From positions 111,848,001-111,912,000 of the forward strand of contig NC_091992.1 in the NCBI RefSeq assembly GCF_044704955.1: a DNA stretch of 64,000 nucleotides, read 5' to 3'. The translations under genes and the position numbers were made by a program. Source of the DNA: Pristiophorus japonicus (Eukaryota). Of this stretch, positions 1 through 11,457 are shown one piece after another (the first letter of the stretch is position 1; the number at the start of each line of letters is the position of its first letter). The notes beneath the pieces are model-generated. The model ran no database searches and was not told where the DNA came from. It worked only from the letters and a program-made list of their open reading frames with translations.

Positions 1-2683
1 CATCACTCGTTAAAACTAGTTTCTTACACGGGTCATATAACGTTAACAGTTTGTTGGAGCATAACAAATTGCATGCTCGATCAAAAGCCCTTTCCTGACC
101 CCAGACCCAATCGCGACCTTTGCGTAGGAGCACGTGTAGCGGCTCTAACAGCATGCTCAATTTGGAAAGAAAGTTGCCAAAATAGTTTAGGAGCCCCAGG
201 AACGAACGCAGCTCCATCGTGTTACGGGGTCTGGGTGCTCTCTGGATCGCTTCCGTTTTGGATGCAGAAGGTCTGATCCCGTCTGCTGCTACCCTCCTCC
301 CCAGAAATTCTACCTCTGGAGCCAAGAAGACGCACTTCGCCTCTTTCAGTCGCAGCCCTACCCGGTTCAGTCTGCATAGCACCTCCTCCAGGTTGTGGAG
401 GTGTTCTTCAGTATCGCGACCCATGATGAGGATGTTGTCTTGAGAAACCACCGTCCTTGGAATCGACTTGAGGAGGCTTTCCATATTTCTCTGCAAGATC
501 GCGGTGGCCGAACGAATCCTGAACGGACATCTGTTATACTCAAACAACCCCTTGTGTGTCATGATGGTGGTCAGCTTCTTCGACTCACTCACCAGCTCCT
601 GGGTCATGTAAGCTAAGGTTAGGTCCAATTTTGAAAAAGGTTTGCCACCGGATAGCGTCACAAAGAGGTCCTCCGCTCTCGGTAGCGGGTAGTGGTCTTG
701 GAGTGACACCCGATTGATGGTGGCCTTGTAATCACCACATATCCTGACCGACCCATCCGCCTTGAGCACCGGCACAATCGGAATTCAACTGGCGAGATGA
801 TGCCTTCCCTCAGCAGGCGGTCCAATTCGCATTCTATCTTTTCCCACATCACGTACGGCACCACTCTGGCCTTGTGGTGTACTGGCCTGGTGTCTGGGTT
901 TATGTGAAACACTACCTTGGCCCCCAGGAAAGTGTCGATGCTGGGTTGAAATAATGAGTCAAATTTGTCCAGGACCTGTGAGCATGATATTTGCTCCACA
1001 GAAGAAATTGCATTGACATCATCCCATTTCCAGTTCATGACAGCAAGCCAACTCCTCCCCCAGTGGTGCGGGACCATCCCCCGGGACAATCCAGAGTGGC
1101 AACCTCTTCTCCGAATATTTGTGTCATGACTACCGTGGCGCTGCATAGCACCAGAATGATCTCCTTTGTATATGTCCGTAGCAGTGAGTCAATCGCAATA
1201 ATTTTGGCCTCCTGGCCTTGGACACCCACAACCTTTCGAACTGTTTGATACTCATCAGGGACTGACTAGCCCCCGTGTCTAGCTCCATTAATACTGGGAT
1301 GCCATTGAGGAGCACTTTCATCATCGGTGGCGTCCTGGTACATGAACTGTATATGTGCTCCACATGAACTCGCTGAACTTCAGCTTCCAGCGATTTCCCC
1401 CAGTATTCATTTGGCCTCGTAGGGATTACATCGGGCCCGTCCTCCTCGTACATCAACCTGGCTGCAGGCTTCCTGCACATACACACCAAGTGACTGCTGA
1501 TGTTGCAGTTTCTGCAGGTATATTGCTGATACTTGCAAGGTCTGGCTGGGTGTTTACCTCCACACCTCCAGCATGAGCTGGAGGCCCCGTTGTTGGAAAC
1601 AAAAGGTCCATTACCAGTCGATCATCTGACTGTCTCTGTAACTGTCCTTAGCGCACCATTAACAGGTGTTGATGGCCCCATTACTGGCCGCATTGTCCAT
1701 TGCGATGGCATGAGTCGCCGTTCAGCTAGCCTTTGTCTCTGTTGAATTCCCCCTTTGGGTTCGACAGCATGCTGGGGCATGTTCGATTGCCCTTGTCTGC
1801 CTAGAGAACTGTGTGCCGCGTTAACAATGTTGACTCCCAGGTCTTTTGCCACATTTGAGCCAAGATTTTTGCCATAAATCATTCTGGTCTCTTCCTCCCT
1901 GGAGATAAATGTCTGGGCTATCAGCCGCCGCTTCCAAGGTCAAGTCTTTGGTCTCAATCAGTTTCCTGAAAACCCCAGCGTGCTCGATGCCCTCAATAAA
2001 AAAGTCTCGCAGCATCTCCGCTCTGCATGCATCTGGGAACTTACATAGGCTCGCCAGTCGCCGGAGATCTGCCACGAAGTCTGGAACGCTTTGCCCTTCT
2101 CGCCACCGGTGCGTGTAAAACTGGTGTCTCGCCATGTGCATGCTGCTCGCCGGTTTAAAGTGTTCCCCGATCAACTTACTGAGCTCTTCGAATGTCTTGT
2201 CTGCCAGCTTCTCTAGCGCTGGAAGGTCCTTCATCAGGGAATACATTCTGGATCCACAAACCGTCAGGAGATGAGCCCTGCGTTTGTCGGCCGAATCCTG
2301 CCCCAACCATTCCTTAGTGATAAAACTTTGCTGTAGTCTCTCAATAAAGTCGTCCCAATCATCACCAACACAGTACCTCTCTTCTGTGCTACTAGTGGCC
2401 ATGCTCGCATGGTTTAAATCCCAGTTTCTCATCGCCAATAATATGTCCTTACTATACAGTATAAATGCACACGAGGCCCATACTTGAGAAAAGATCACTG
2501 TGACCAGTTACCTTTATTACCAAGACCTCAAGAGGCAGACGGTGGGTGGAGCTTCCCCTTTTATACCTGAAAGTCCAGGTTAGGAGTGTCTCCCACAAGT
2601 TCGTCCCCTGTGGCCAGTGTTCTCAAGGTGTACAACTTAGGTCAGCTTATACATGGGTTACAATGACAGTTGAATACATGACA
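1..2683 (-). mobile_element. Ty3/Gypsy LTR retrotransposon (degenerate gag-protease-RT-RNaseH), 5' LTR at 2439-2683, runs off the window start
   Basis: Minus ORFs give gag (DWDDFIERL...RAHLLTVCG), protease (MELDTGASQS) and RT fragments. LTR starts TGTCATG at 2683, PBS TGGCGATGAG at 2437-2428. The element abuts CR1 ORF2 sequence mid-gene at 2684. Confidence 0.93.
2439..2683 (-). repeat. 5' LTR of Gypsy element 1 (same family as solo LTR 62318-62538)
   Basis: TGTCATG start, AATAAA on minus, adjacent PBS, clear similarity to 62318-62538. Confidence 0.88.
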
Positions 2684-4892
2684 GACGGTATGAGGCGCGA
2701 ATTGGCTAGATTAGACTGGCAAATGATACTTAAAGGGTTGACGGTGGATAGGCAATGGCAAACATTTAAAGATCACATGGATGAACTTCAACAATTGTAC
2801 ATCCCTGTCTGGAGTAAAAATAAAAACGGGGAAGGTGGCTCAATCGTGGCTAACAAGGGAAATTAGGGCTAGTGTTAAATCTAAGGAAGAGGCATATAAA
2901 TTGGACAGAAAAAGCAGCAAACCTGAGGACTGGGAGAAGTTTAGAATTCAGCAGAGGAGGACAAAGGGTTTAATTAAGAGGGGGGAAATAGAGTATGAGA
3001 AGAAGCTTGCCGGGAACATAAAAACTGACTGCAAAAACTTCTATAGATATGTGAAGAGAAAAAAATTAGTGAAGGCAAACATAGATCACTTGCAGTCAGA
3101 TTCAGGTGAATTTATAATGGGGAACAAAAAAATGACAGACCAGTTGAACAAATACTTTGGTTCTGTCTTCACGAAGGAAGACACAAATAACCTTCCGGAA
3201 ATACTAGGGGACAGAGGGTCTAGTGAAAAGGAGGAACTGAAGGAAATCCTTTTCAGGTGGGAAATTGTGTTCAGAAAATTGATGGGATTGAAGGCCGATA
3301 AATCCCCGGGGCCTGATAGTCTGCATCCCAGAGTACTTAAGGAAGTGGCCCTAGAAATAGTGGATGCATTGGTGGTCATTTTCCAACAGTCTATCAACTC
3401 TGAATCAGTTCCTATGGACTCGAGGGTAGCGAATGTAGTCCCACTTTTTTTTTTTTTTTAAAAAGGAGGGAGAGAGAAAACGGGTAATTATAGACTGGTT
3501 AGCCTGACATCAGTAGTGGGGAAAATGTTGGAATCATTTATTAAAGATGAAATAGCAGCGCATTTGGAAAGCAGCGACATGATCGGTCCAAGTCAGCATG
3601 GATTTATGAAAAGGAAATCATGCTTGACAAATTTTCTAGAATTTTTTGAGGATGTAACTAGTAGAGTGGACAAGGGAGAACCAGTGAATGTGATGTATTT
3701 GGACTTTCAAAAGGCTTTTGACAAGGTTCTACACAAGGGATTGGTTTGCAAAATTAAAGCACATGGTATTGGGGATAATGTACTGACATGGATAGAGAAC
3801 TGGTTGGCAGACAGGAAGCAGAGAGTCGGGATAAACGGGTCCTTTTCAGAATGGCAGGCAGTGACTAGTGGGATGCCGCAGGGCTCAGTGCTGGGATCCC
3901 AGCTATTTACAATATATATTAATGATTTAGATGAAGGAATTGAGTGTAATATCGCTAAGTTTGCAGATGACACCAAGCTGGGTGGTGTGTGAGCTGTGAG
4001 GAGAATGCCAAGAGGCTGCAGGGTGACTTGGACAGGTTAGGTGAGTGGGCAAATGTATGGCAGATGCAGTATAATGTGGATAAATGTGAAGTTATCCGCT
4101 TTAGGGGCAAAAACACGAAGGCAAAATATTATCTGAATAGTGGCACATTAGGAAAAGGAGCAGTGCAACGAGACCTGGGTGTCATGGTACATCAGTCATT
4201 GAAAGTTGGCATGCAGGTACAGCAGGCGGTGAAGAAGGCAAATGGTATGTTGGCCTTCATAGCTGGGGGATTTGAATATAGGAGCAGGGAGGTCTTACTG
4301 CAGTTGTACAGGGCCTTGGTGAGGCCTCACCTGGAATATTGTGTTAAGTTTTGGTCTCCTAATCTGTGGAAGGACATTCTTGCTATCGAGGGAGTGTAGC
4401 AAAGGTTCACCAGACTGATTCCCGTGATGGCAGGACTGACATATGAGGAGCGACTGGATCGACTGGGCCTTATTCACTGGAGTTTAGAAGGATGAGAGGG
4501 GATCTCAGAAATATATAAAATTCTGCCGTGAGTGGACAGGTTAAATGCAGGAAGAATGTTCCCGATGTTAGGTAAGTCCAGAACCAGGGGACATAGTCTA
4601 AGGATAAGGGGTAAACCATTTAGGACTGAGATGAGGAGAAACTTCTTCACTCAGAGTTGTTAACCTGTGGAATTCCCTACCGCAGAGAGTTGTTGATGCC
4701 AGTTCATTGGATATATTCAAGAGGGAGTTAGATATGGCCCTTACGGCTAAAGGAATCAAGGGGTATGGAGAGAAAGCAGGAAAGGGGTACTGAGGTGAAT
4801 GATCAGCCATGATCATATTGAATGGTGGTGCAGGCTCGAAGGGCCGAATGGCCTACTCCTGCACCTATTTTCTATGTTTCTATGTTTCTATG
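2684..4892 (+). mobile_element. CR1 LINE, ORF2 (RT) and 3' end, interrupted at its 5' side by Gypsy element 1
   Basis: [22 protein letters not shown] and FADD motifs; (TTTCTATG)n tail at ~4868-4892; collinear with CR1 at 58241-60751. Confidence 0.96.
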
Positions 4893-5333
4893 ACTCAGCT
4901 AACCCACTCGAAGAACCCTCTTTGCCACGGACCACAGATTGTGCAATGACACAAAGTAATGAGTAGTGAAAATCATGCCACCTCTTTAAAAACTGTTAGT
5001 ACTGAGTGTCCTTCGTGTTGCTGTACCAAAATTTCCAGAAAACATGGTGGTAGAGTTTAAGCTGCAGAAATAGGGATACTTTCCCTACCGCACCTGGAGA
5101 GAAACATCACACCAAGGATAGACAGACTCTGCAGTGAGAAGAAAGCACATCCATCTCACTAATATCTGTAAGTAAGTACCTGTTTTCTTAAAAGCATTAT
5201 CAAAACACTCTTGACAAGCAGCACTTTCATATTATGGAATATTTTAATTTAGATGGGTGGGGGAATGAGTGGTTGTGTGATTACTAATCCATTTGGAGAG
5301 AGGTTCTTCAACCAAAGAAATTGAGAACCACCG
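4893..5333 (+). mobile_element. hAT-Charlie/Buster-type DNA transposon 3' remnant
   Basis: Degenerate frame ending ...ITPRIDRLCSEKKAHPSH* resembles the Charlie/ZBED5-type transposase C-terminus. Terminal TTGAGAACCACCG (5321-5333) is followed by TTTTAGAC, similar to the NTCTAGAN target. Left boundary approximate. Confidence 0.6.
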
Positions 5334-5347
5334 TTTTAGACATAGCT

Positions 5348-5880
5348 CATCATCATAGACGATCCCTCCCATCGAGGATGACTTGCTTTCACGCCAAAAA
5401 AGGAGTTCACAGGTGTTTCAATGAAGGACCTAATATTCCAGGTCCTGAACTACATGTTGAAGGGTGGAAGATGCCTGTGCGTGGATTTTTTTAACGTGTG
5501 GTGGCCGCTGCACACCAGCCACCACATGGACTTGACAGAGCTAGGTCTTGGTCAAGTGGCAAAGAGTAACCAAGACGACTGGAAACCAGCTCTGCTGCAC
5601 GGACTTAGTGCACCTCACCTCTTCTGGGCCCCGAGCGCACTCCTTTCCTAGGCCCCGATCACGCCACTCCACGATCACTCACCGCTCCTGCGCCCCAACC
5701 TCGCCGCTCCTGCTGTACCAGCCCACGCTCCAATCAGTGATCTGGACCTTTGTGATGTCCAATCCAAACACCTTTTTCACAGCCGTCGCTCTCCAGCACG
5801 CGCTGTACCTTGAAGTGGAATGCTTCACGCGGCTCCTTTGACGGCCCTGACCTGCTGATGGTCCTTGCAGGTAGGGGCCG
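5348..5880 (-). mobile_element. Non-autonomous retroelement with RTE-like 3' tail
   Basis: Left end CATCATCATAGACGATCCCT...GAGGATGACTTGCTTTCAC matches the RTE 3' ends at 21865 and 43803; the body is not RTE coding. Right boundary approximate. Confidence 0.45.
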
Positions 5881-6199
5881 CCATGCCAACTTAGCTGCAG
5901 ACTTGACTGGAGCACCTGAAGGTCACAGCTATAACCAAGGAATGGCCCATTAACAACCGCTTCCAAGCAATATGAAGACAGCACCATTCTTAAATTTACA
6001 AATCGATCCTTATTTTGCTACCTAACTGCAGTATAAAACTAAATGTGGACTCCAAGGTGCTGTGCCACCAGGTGTTAAAGCACAGAGTTTGCACTGGTGT
6101 GCTTAGACATGTAGCTGGGCTGAGTTAAATATAGGACAGCAGCTGCAATGTAGCACTGTTGGTGTTGTGGAGTGCTCAAATGGAAAACAAAATCAGAGT

Positions 6200-6406
6200 T
6201 GTAATGTATGTACATAAGGTCTTCCCACCACCAGAGGGCACTACCGTCAGAGGTCCTGGGGTCAAAAGTACACTCGTGCTGGGCCCGGTATATAACCTGA
6301 ACTTCACCTTTGTATCTTCACTTCTGGAAGCCATTAAAGACTAAACAGCTTACACCTGGTTACTGGCTCACAGTACAGAGTTCATTGTATCATTTCATAC
6401 ACTACA
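6200..6406 (+). repeat. 5' LTR of element A
   Basis: TGTAATG...ACTACA termini, TATATAA and ATTAAA, followed by PBS; matches 14744-14954. Confidence 0.93.
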
Positions 6407-7188
6407 ACTGGCGACGAGGCAAATACGAACCCACGCAAAAGAATGGCAAGCATAGCACGATCGAGTACTGTTGGAATTCTCGAGAGATTCAATGAAGGAG
6501 AGGATTGGGGAGATTTTGTGGCAAACGACCTACCTAAACAAAGACAAGGATACAGAGAAGCGCAGGGCAGTTCTTCTCACCTGTGGCCCCTCGACCCATG
6601 CACTCATCAAGAATCTGCTCTCACCCACTCTTCCTGCAGAAAAGGATTACAAAGAACTGTGTGCTCTAGTTCGGGAACACCTTAAACCCACGGAAGGAAT
6701 CCTCATATCCAGATATCGCTTCTATACGCACGTTCGTCCAGAAGGCCAGGGTGTGGTGGCATTTGTTGCCGACCTGAGATGTGTTGCTAATTTTGGCCTG
6801 CGTTGGAAGAAATGCTGTGTGACTTTTTCGTGATCGGGGTCAACCACGAGGCGATCTTAAGTAAGCTGCTGGCTGCGTAGACGCCAGACCTCAGCAAGGT
6901 CATCACCATCGCCCAGGCTTGCATGTCTACACAGAAAAGCAGATATCGCGACAAAACAGGAACTCTACAGCAAGTACTGTGTACAAAATTACATCGACGG
7001 CCGGCAGAGCTGCACATGGCAGGGTCTACTCGACTGCGCCTGCAAGGCCGGGAGCTGCTCAAAGTTCGCCATCGAGGGCCTACTCGACTGCGTATGCGAG
7101 AACGGGAGCCGCTCAAATCCCACCCTCGAGCGCAAATCCAAGCTCAAAGTGTTGGCGTTGCGGGGGCAATCACCAACCCCATCAGTGC

Positions 7189-7419
7189 TGTCATGTATGC
7201 AAACTCTTTGTATTCACTATGTAACTATGTACGATGTACCACCTGAGGGCAGTGTTGTTGGAGGCCCCAGGGGTTTCCTGCCCTGGTGTGCAGAGGCATA
7301 TAAAAGGCAGACACAGCCATGCTGCTCCTCACTTTGCAGTCGTATTAAATGGACTGAAATCACACAGCTCTTACTCACAGTACTCATGGAGTCATTTGAT
7401 GGTAATTGCAGACATAACA
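7189..7419 (+). repeat. 5' LTR of element B
   Basis: TGTCATG...ATAACA termini, followed by PBS. Confidence 0.93.
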
Positions 7420-10400
7420 ACTGGCGACGAGAATACGGACTTTCACGCGATTATGGCTACCTTTGGCACACTAAAAGACTTCGCAGAGGGTGATGATTGG
7501 GATGCCTTCACGGAAAGTCTCGAGCAATATTTCGTGGCAAACGACCTGGCAGGAGAGACGGACACATTGGCGGAGAAGCGCAAGGCTATACTGCTGACCA
7601 ATTGTGGGTCCGAGGTCTACCGCCTCTTCAGGGACTTGCTGGTACCCACGAAGGCCAAGGATAAGACATACGATGAGCTGACTGAACTAATTCGCGATAC
7701 CATACAGAGGACTTCCTACCAGAATCAGAACTCACTGGCAAGTACTGTAAGGTAAAATCAGGACGATTGCAGGCAGAACTGTTGAACGAATAGGAACTGT
7801 ACAGAGAAGAGCTTACATGCCTGCTGCTGCTAGGCCACCAAGGGGTGTAAATACAAAATCATTAACACAATGCTGGCGTTGCGGGGGTAATCATGGGGCC
7901 CATCAATGTCGATTTAAAGACCATGCGTGCAAAAGCTGCAGAACAAGGGGCCACCTCCAGCGAATGTGCAAACGTACTGCGACTCACCACGTGGCAGTGG
8001 AGTTGGCAGAAGAGTCCCGATCCAGCGTGGATCACAAAGGACAAGCTGGAGAGGCAACTCAGCCCGAGGGAGCAGAGTGCGGGGTGCACACCCTCTCCAC
8101 AAAAAGTCCTCCCAGGATGATAAGTCAAATTAAATGGCGTTCCTGTATCCGTGGAACTGGACACGGGGGCAAGTCAGCCAATTATGAGCCAGAAGGCATT
8201 TGAAAGGCTGTGGGGCAACAACAAAGCACAAAGACCAAAGCTGAGCCCGATTCAGATAAAGCTGCGCACTTACACCAAGGAACTGATACCAGTTATTGGC
8301 AGAGCGAACGTAAAAGTATCCTATGATGGAGAGGCACACGAGCTGCCACTGTGGATTGTACCAGGCAATGGGCCAACGCTGGTTGGCAGAAGCTGGATGG
8401 GGAAGATTCGGTGGAACTGGGAAGACGTCAAAGTATTATCGTCAGTGGACAATGCTTCCTGTGCTCAAGTGCTGAGCAAGTTCCCATCTTTATTTGAACC
8501 AGGCATCGGCAAATTCACAGGCGTCAAAGTACAGATCCACTTGGTCCCCGAGGCACAGCCCGTTTATCACAAGGCTCGAATGGTCCCCTACATGATGAGG
8601 GAGATAGTGGAGATCGAATTGGGCAGACTTCAACAAGAGGGAATCACGTCGCCAATCGTATTCAACGAGTGGGCCAGCCCGATTGTTCCGGTACTAAAGA
8701 GCGATAGCACGGTCAAAATCTGCGGCGACTACAAAGTAATGATCAACTGAGTCTCGTTACAGGACCAGTACCCACAGGGTACCCACAGTGACATTAGCAG
8801 GTGGAAAGGCATTCACCAAGCTGGATCTAACCTCTGCTTACATGACCCAGAAGCTGGTTGAGTCGTTGAAAAAAATTAACATGCATTAACACACACAAAG
8901 GACTGTTCGTGTACAACAGGTGCCCGTTCGGGATTCGCTTGGCTCCAGCCGTATTCCAAAGAAATATGGAGAGCCTGTTGAAATCGGTTCCACGCACCAT
9001 CATATTTCAGGACGACATCCTCATCACTAGCCACGACACCTCGAACACCTGCACAACCTGGAAGAAGTTTTAAGTCGACTAAACAGAGATGGACTCCGGT
9101 TGAAACGATCCAAATGTGTCTTCCTGGCGCCAGAGGTAGAATTCCTGGGGAGGAAAATTGCGGCAGATGGCATCAGACCCATGGACTCGAAGACAGAGGC
9201 CATCAAGTATGCACCCACACCACGACATGTAATGCTCGTTCCTGGGACTCCTCAACTATTTCGGTAACTTTCTTCCAGGGTTGAGCACCTTGCTGGAACC
9301 ATTGCACAAGCTGTTACGCAAGGGAAACAAATGGGCTTGGGGTAAAAATCAAGAGGCTGCCTTTGAGAAGGCCAGAAACCTGCTGTGTTCGAATAAGTTG
9401 CTGGTATTATATGACCCATGTAAACATCTAGTTTTAGCATGTGATGCGTCGTCGTACGATGCCATGTGTGTTTTGCAGCAAGCCAATACAGAGAGCAAGC
9501 TCCAACCGGTTGCATATACGCCCAGAAGCCTATCAAAGGCCGAAAAAGTGTGGTCAAAAAGGAGGCTTTAGCCTGTGTTTATGGTGTAAAAAAGATGCAC
9601 CAATATTTGTTTGGACTCAGGTTCGAGTTAGAGACGGACCACAAGCCCCTAATCTCACTGTTTTCGGAAAGCAAAGGCATAAACACCAATGCTTCACCTC
9701 AGATCCAAAGATGGGCACTAACACCGTCTGCCTACGACTATGTGATCCCCCACAGGCCAGGCACTGCAAACTGCACCGATGTTCTCAGCCGACTACCGCT
9801 GCCCACCACCGAGGTGGAAACGGCACAGCCCGCAGACCTACTACTGGCCATGGATACCTTTGATAGCGAAGGGTCACCCATAACGGCCCGCCAAATTAAG
9901 ACCTGGACCAGCCAGGATCCTCTGCTATCCCTTGTAAAAAGTTGCGACCTCAATGGGAGGTGGTCAGCGGTCCCTAGAGACATGCAAGCCGAGATCAAGC
10001 TATTTCATCGCCGTAAAGACGAAATGTCGATCCATTCAGATTGCCTCTTATGGGGCAACCGTGTTATCTTGCCAAAGAAAGGCAGGGAAACCTTCATATA
10101 TGACCCACCCAGGCATAGTCATGATGAAGGCTATCACCAGGTCCCACGCCTGGTGGCCCGGCATTGACTCGGACCTGGAGTTATGCATGCACCAGTGTAA
10201 CATATACTCACAACTGAGCAATGCTCCTGGGGAGGCTCCACTTAGTCTCTGGTCCTGGCCCTCAAAACCATGGTCCAGGATCCATGTGGATTATGCGCAC
10301 TCCTTTCTGGGAAAGATGTTCCTGGTTGTTGTGGACGCCTCCTCTAAATGGATTGAATGTGCAATAATGGCATCCAGCACGTCCGCAGCCACCATTGAAA

Positions 10401-11222
10401 GCCTCAGGGCCATGTTTGCCACCCATTCTTGTCAGCGACAATGGTCCGTGCTTCACCAGCTCGGAATTCAATGAATTCATGACCCTTAATGGCATCAAGC
10501 ATGTCAGATCTGCCCCGTTCAAGCCCGCATCCAACGGCCAAGCGGAGCGGGCAGTCCAAACCATAAAGCAGAGCTTGAAACATGTCCTTACAAATCCGCC
10601 TGTCCCAGGTACTGCTCAGCCACAGGACACGACCCCACTCACTTACTGGGATTCACCCTGCAGAATTGTTAATGAAACGAGCACTCAAAACCAGGCTCTC
10701 CTTAGTACACCCTGACCTCAGTGATCAGGTGGAAACCAGGCATTATCAGCAAAACATGTACCATGATCGTGTGGCTGTATCACACAACATCACTGTAAAT
10801 GACCCTGTGTTTGTGCTGAATTACGGTCAGGGCCCCAAATGGGTCACCGGCACTGTATTAGCCAAGGAGTGTTTGTTGTCAAACTGCTTAACGGTCAAAT
10901 GTGCAGAAAACATTTGGACCAAACCAAATTACGATTCAAAGATAACCAGGAACCACCAGAAGAGGACCTCATCTTCAGCAACCCACCCACACTCGCCCAA
11001 TTGACAACAGACCTCGCTGCCAATCACGAGGATGATCCCACCATCCCCAACAATCCAACCCAACCAGTCGCGCTGCAAGACAGCAGTGGCCCAACCAACT
11101 CACCCAGGATAGAAGCGATACTCAGACGGTCAACCAGAGAGCCGCAGGACTCCGGTTCGCCTTAACCTATAATCAACTCGCATCAAAGACTTTGGGGGGC
11201 GGGGGGGGGGGGGGGGAAATGA

Positions 11223-11457
11223 TGTCATGTATGCAAATTCTCTGTACAATGCACCACCTGAGGGCGCTGCTGTTGGAGGCCCCAGGGTTTTCCTGCCCTG
11301 GTGTGCAGAGGCATATAAAAGGAAACCAGTCATGCTGCTCCTCACTTTGCAGTCGTATTAAATGGACTGAAGTCACACAGCTCTTACTCACAGTGCAAGG
11401 CCCCATGGAGTCATTCGATGGTAATTGCAGACATAGTAACTAGTAATTGCAGATATA
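11223..11457 (+). repeat. 3' LTR of element B
   Basis: Follows PPT; matches 7189-7419; followed by TSD AGTGC. Confidence 0.92.

Larger units (their letters stand above)
7189..11457 (+). mobile_element. Ty3/Gypsy element B nested in the gag zinc knuckle of element A
   Basis: LTRs 7189-7419 and 11223-11457; perfect TSD AGTGC (7184-7188 and 11458-11462); PBS 7422-7431; poly-G PPT. Fragments of gag, two CCHC knuckles, protease, RT, RNaseH and integrase. Confidence 0.96.

Noticed and set aside
5068-5170. Host terminal exon ending AHPSH followed by GTAAGT
   Set aside because: Better explained as a hAT-Charlie transposase C-terminus with a downstream TIR.
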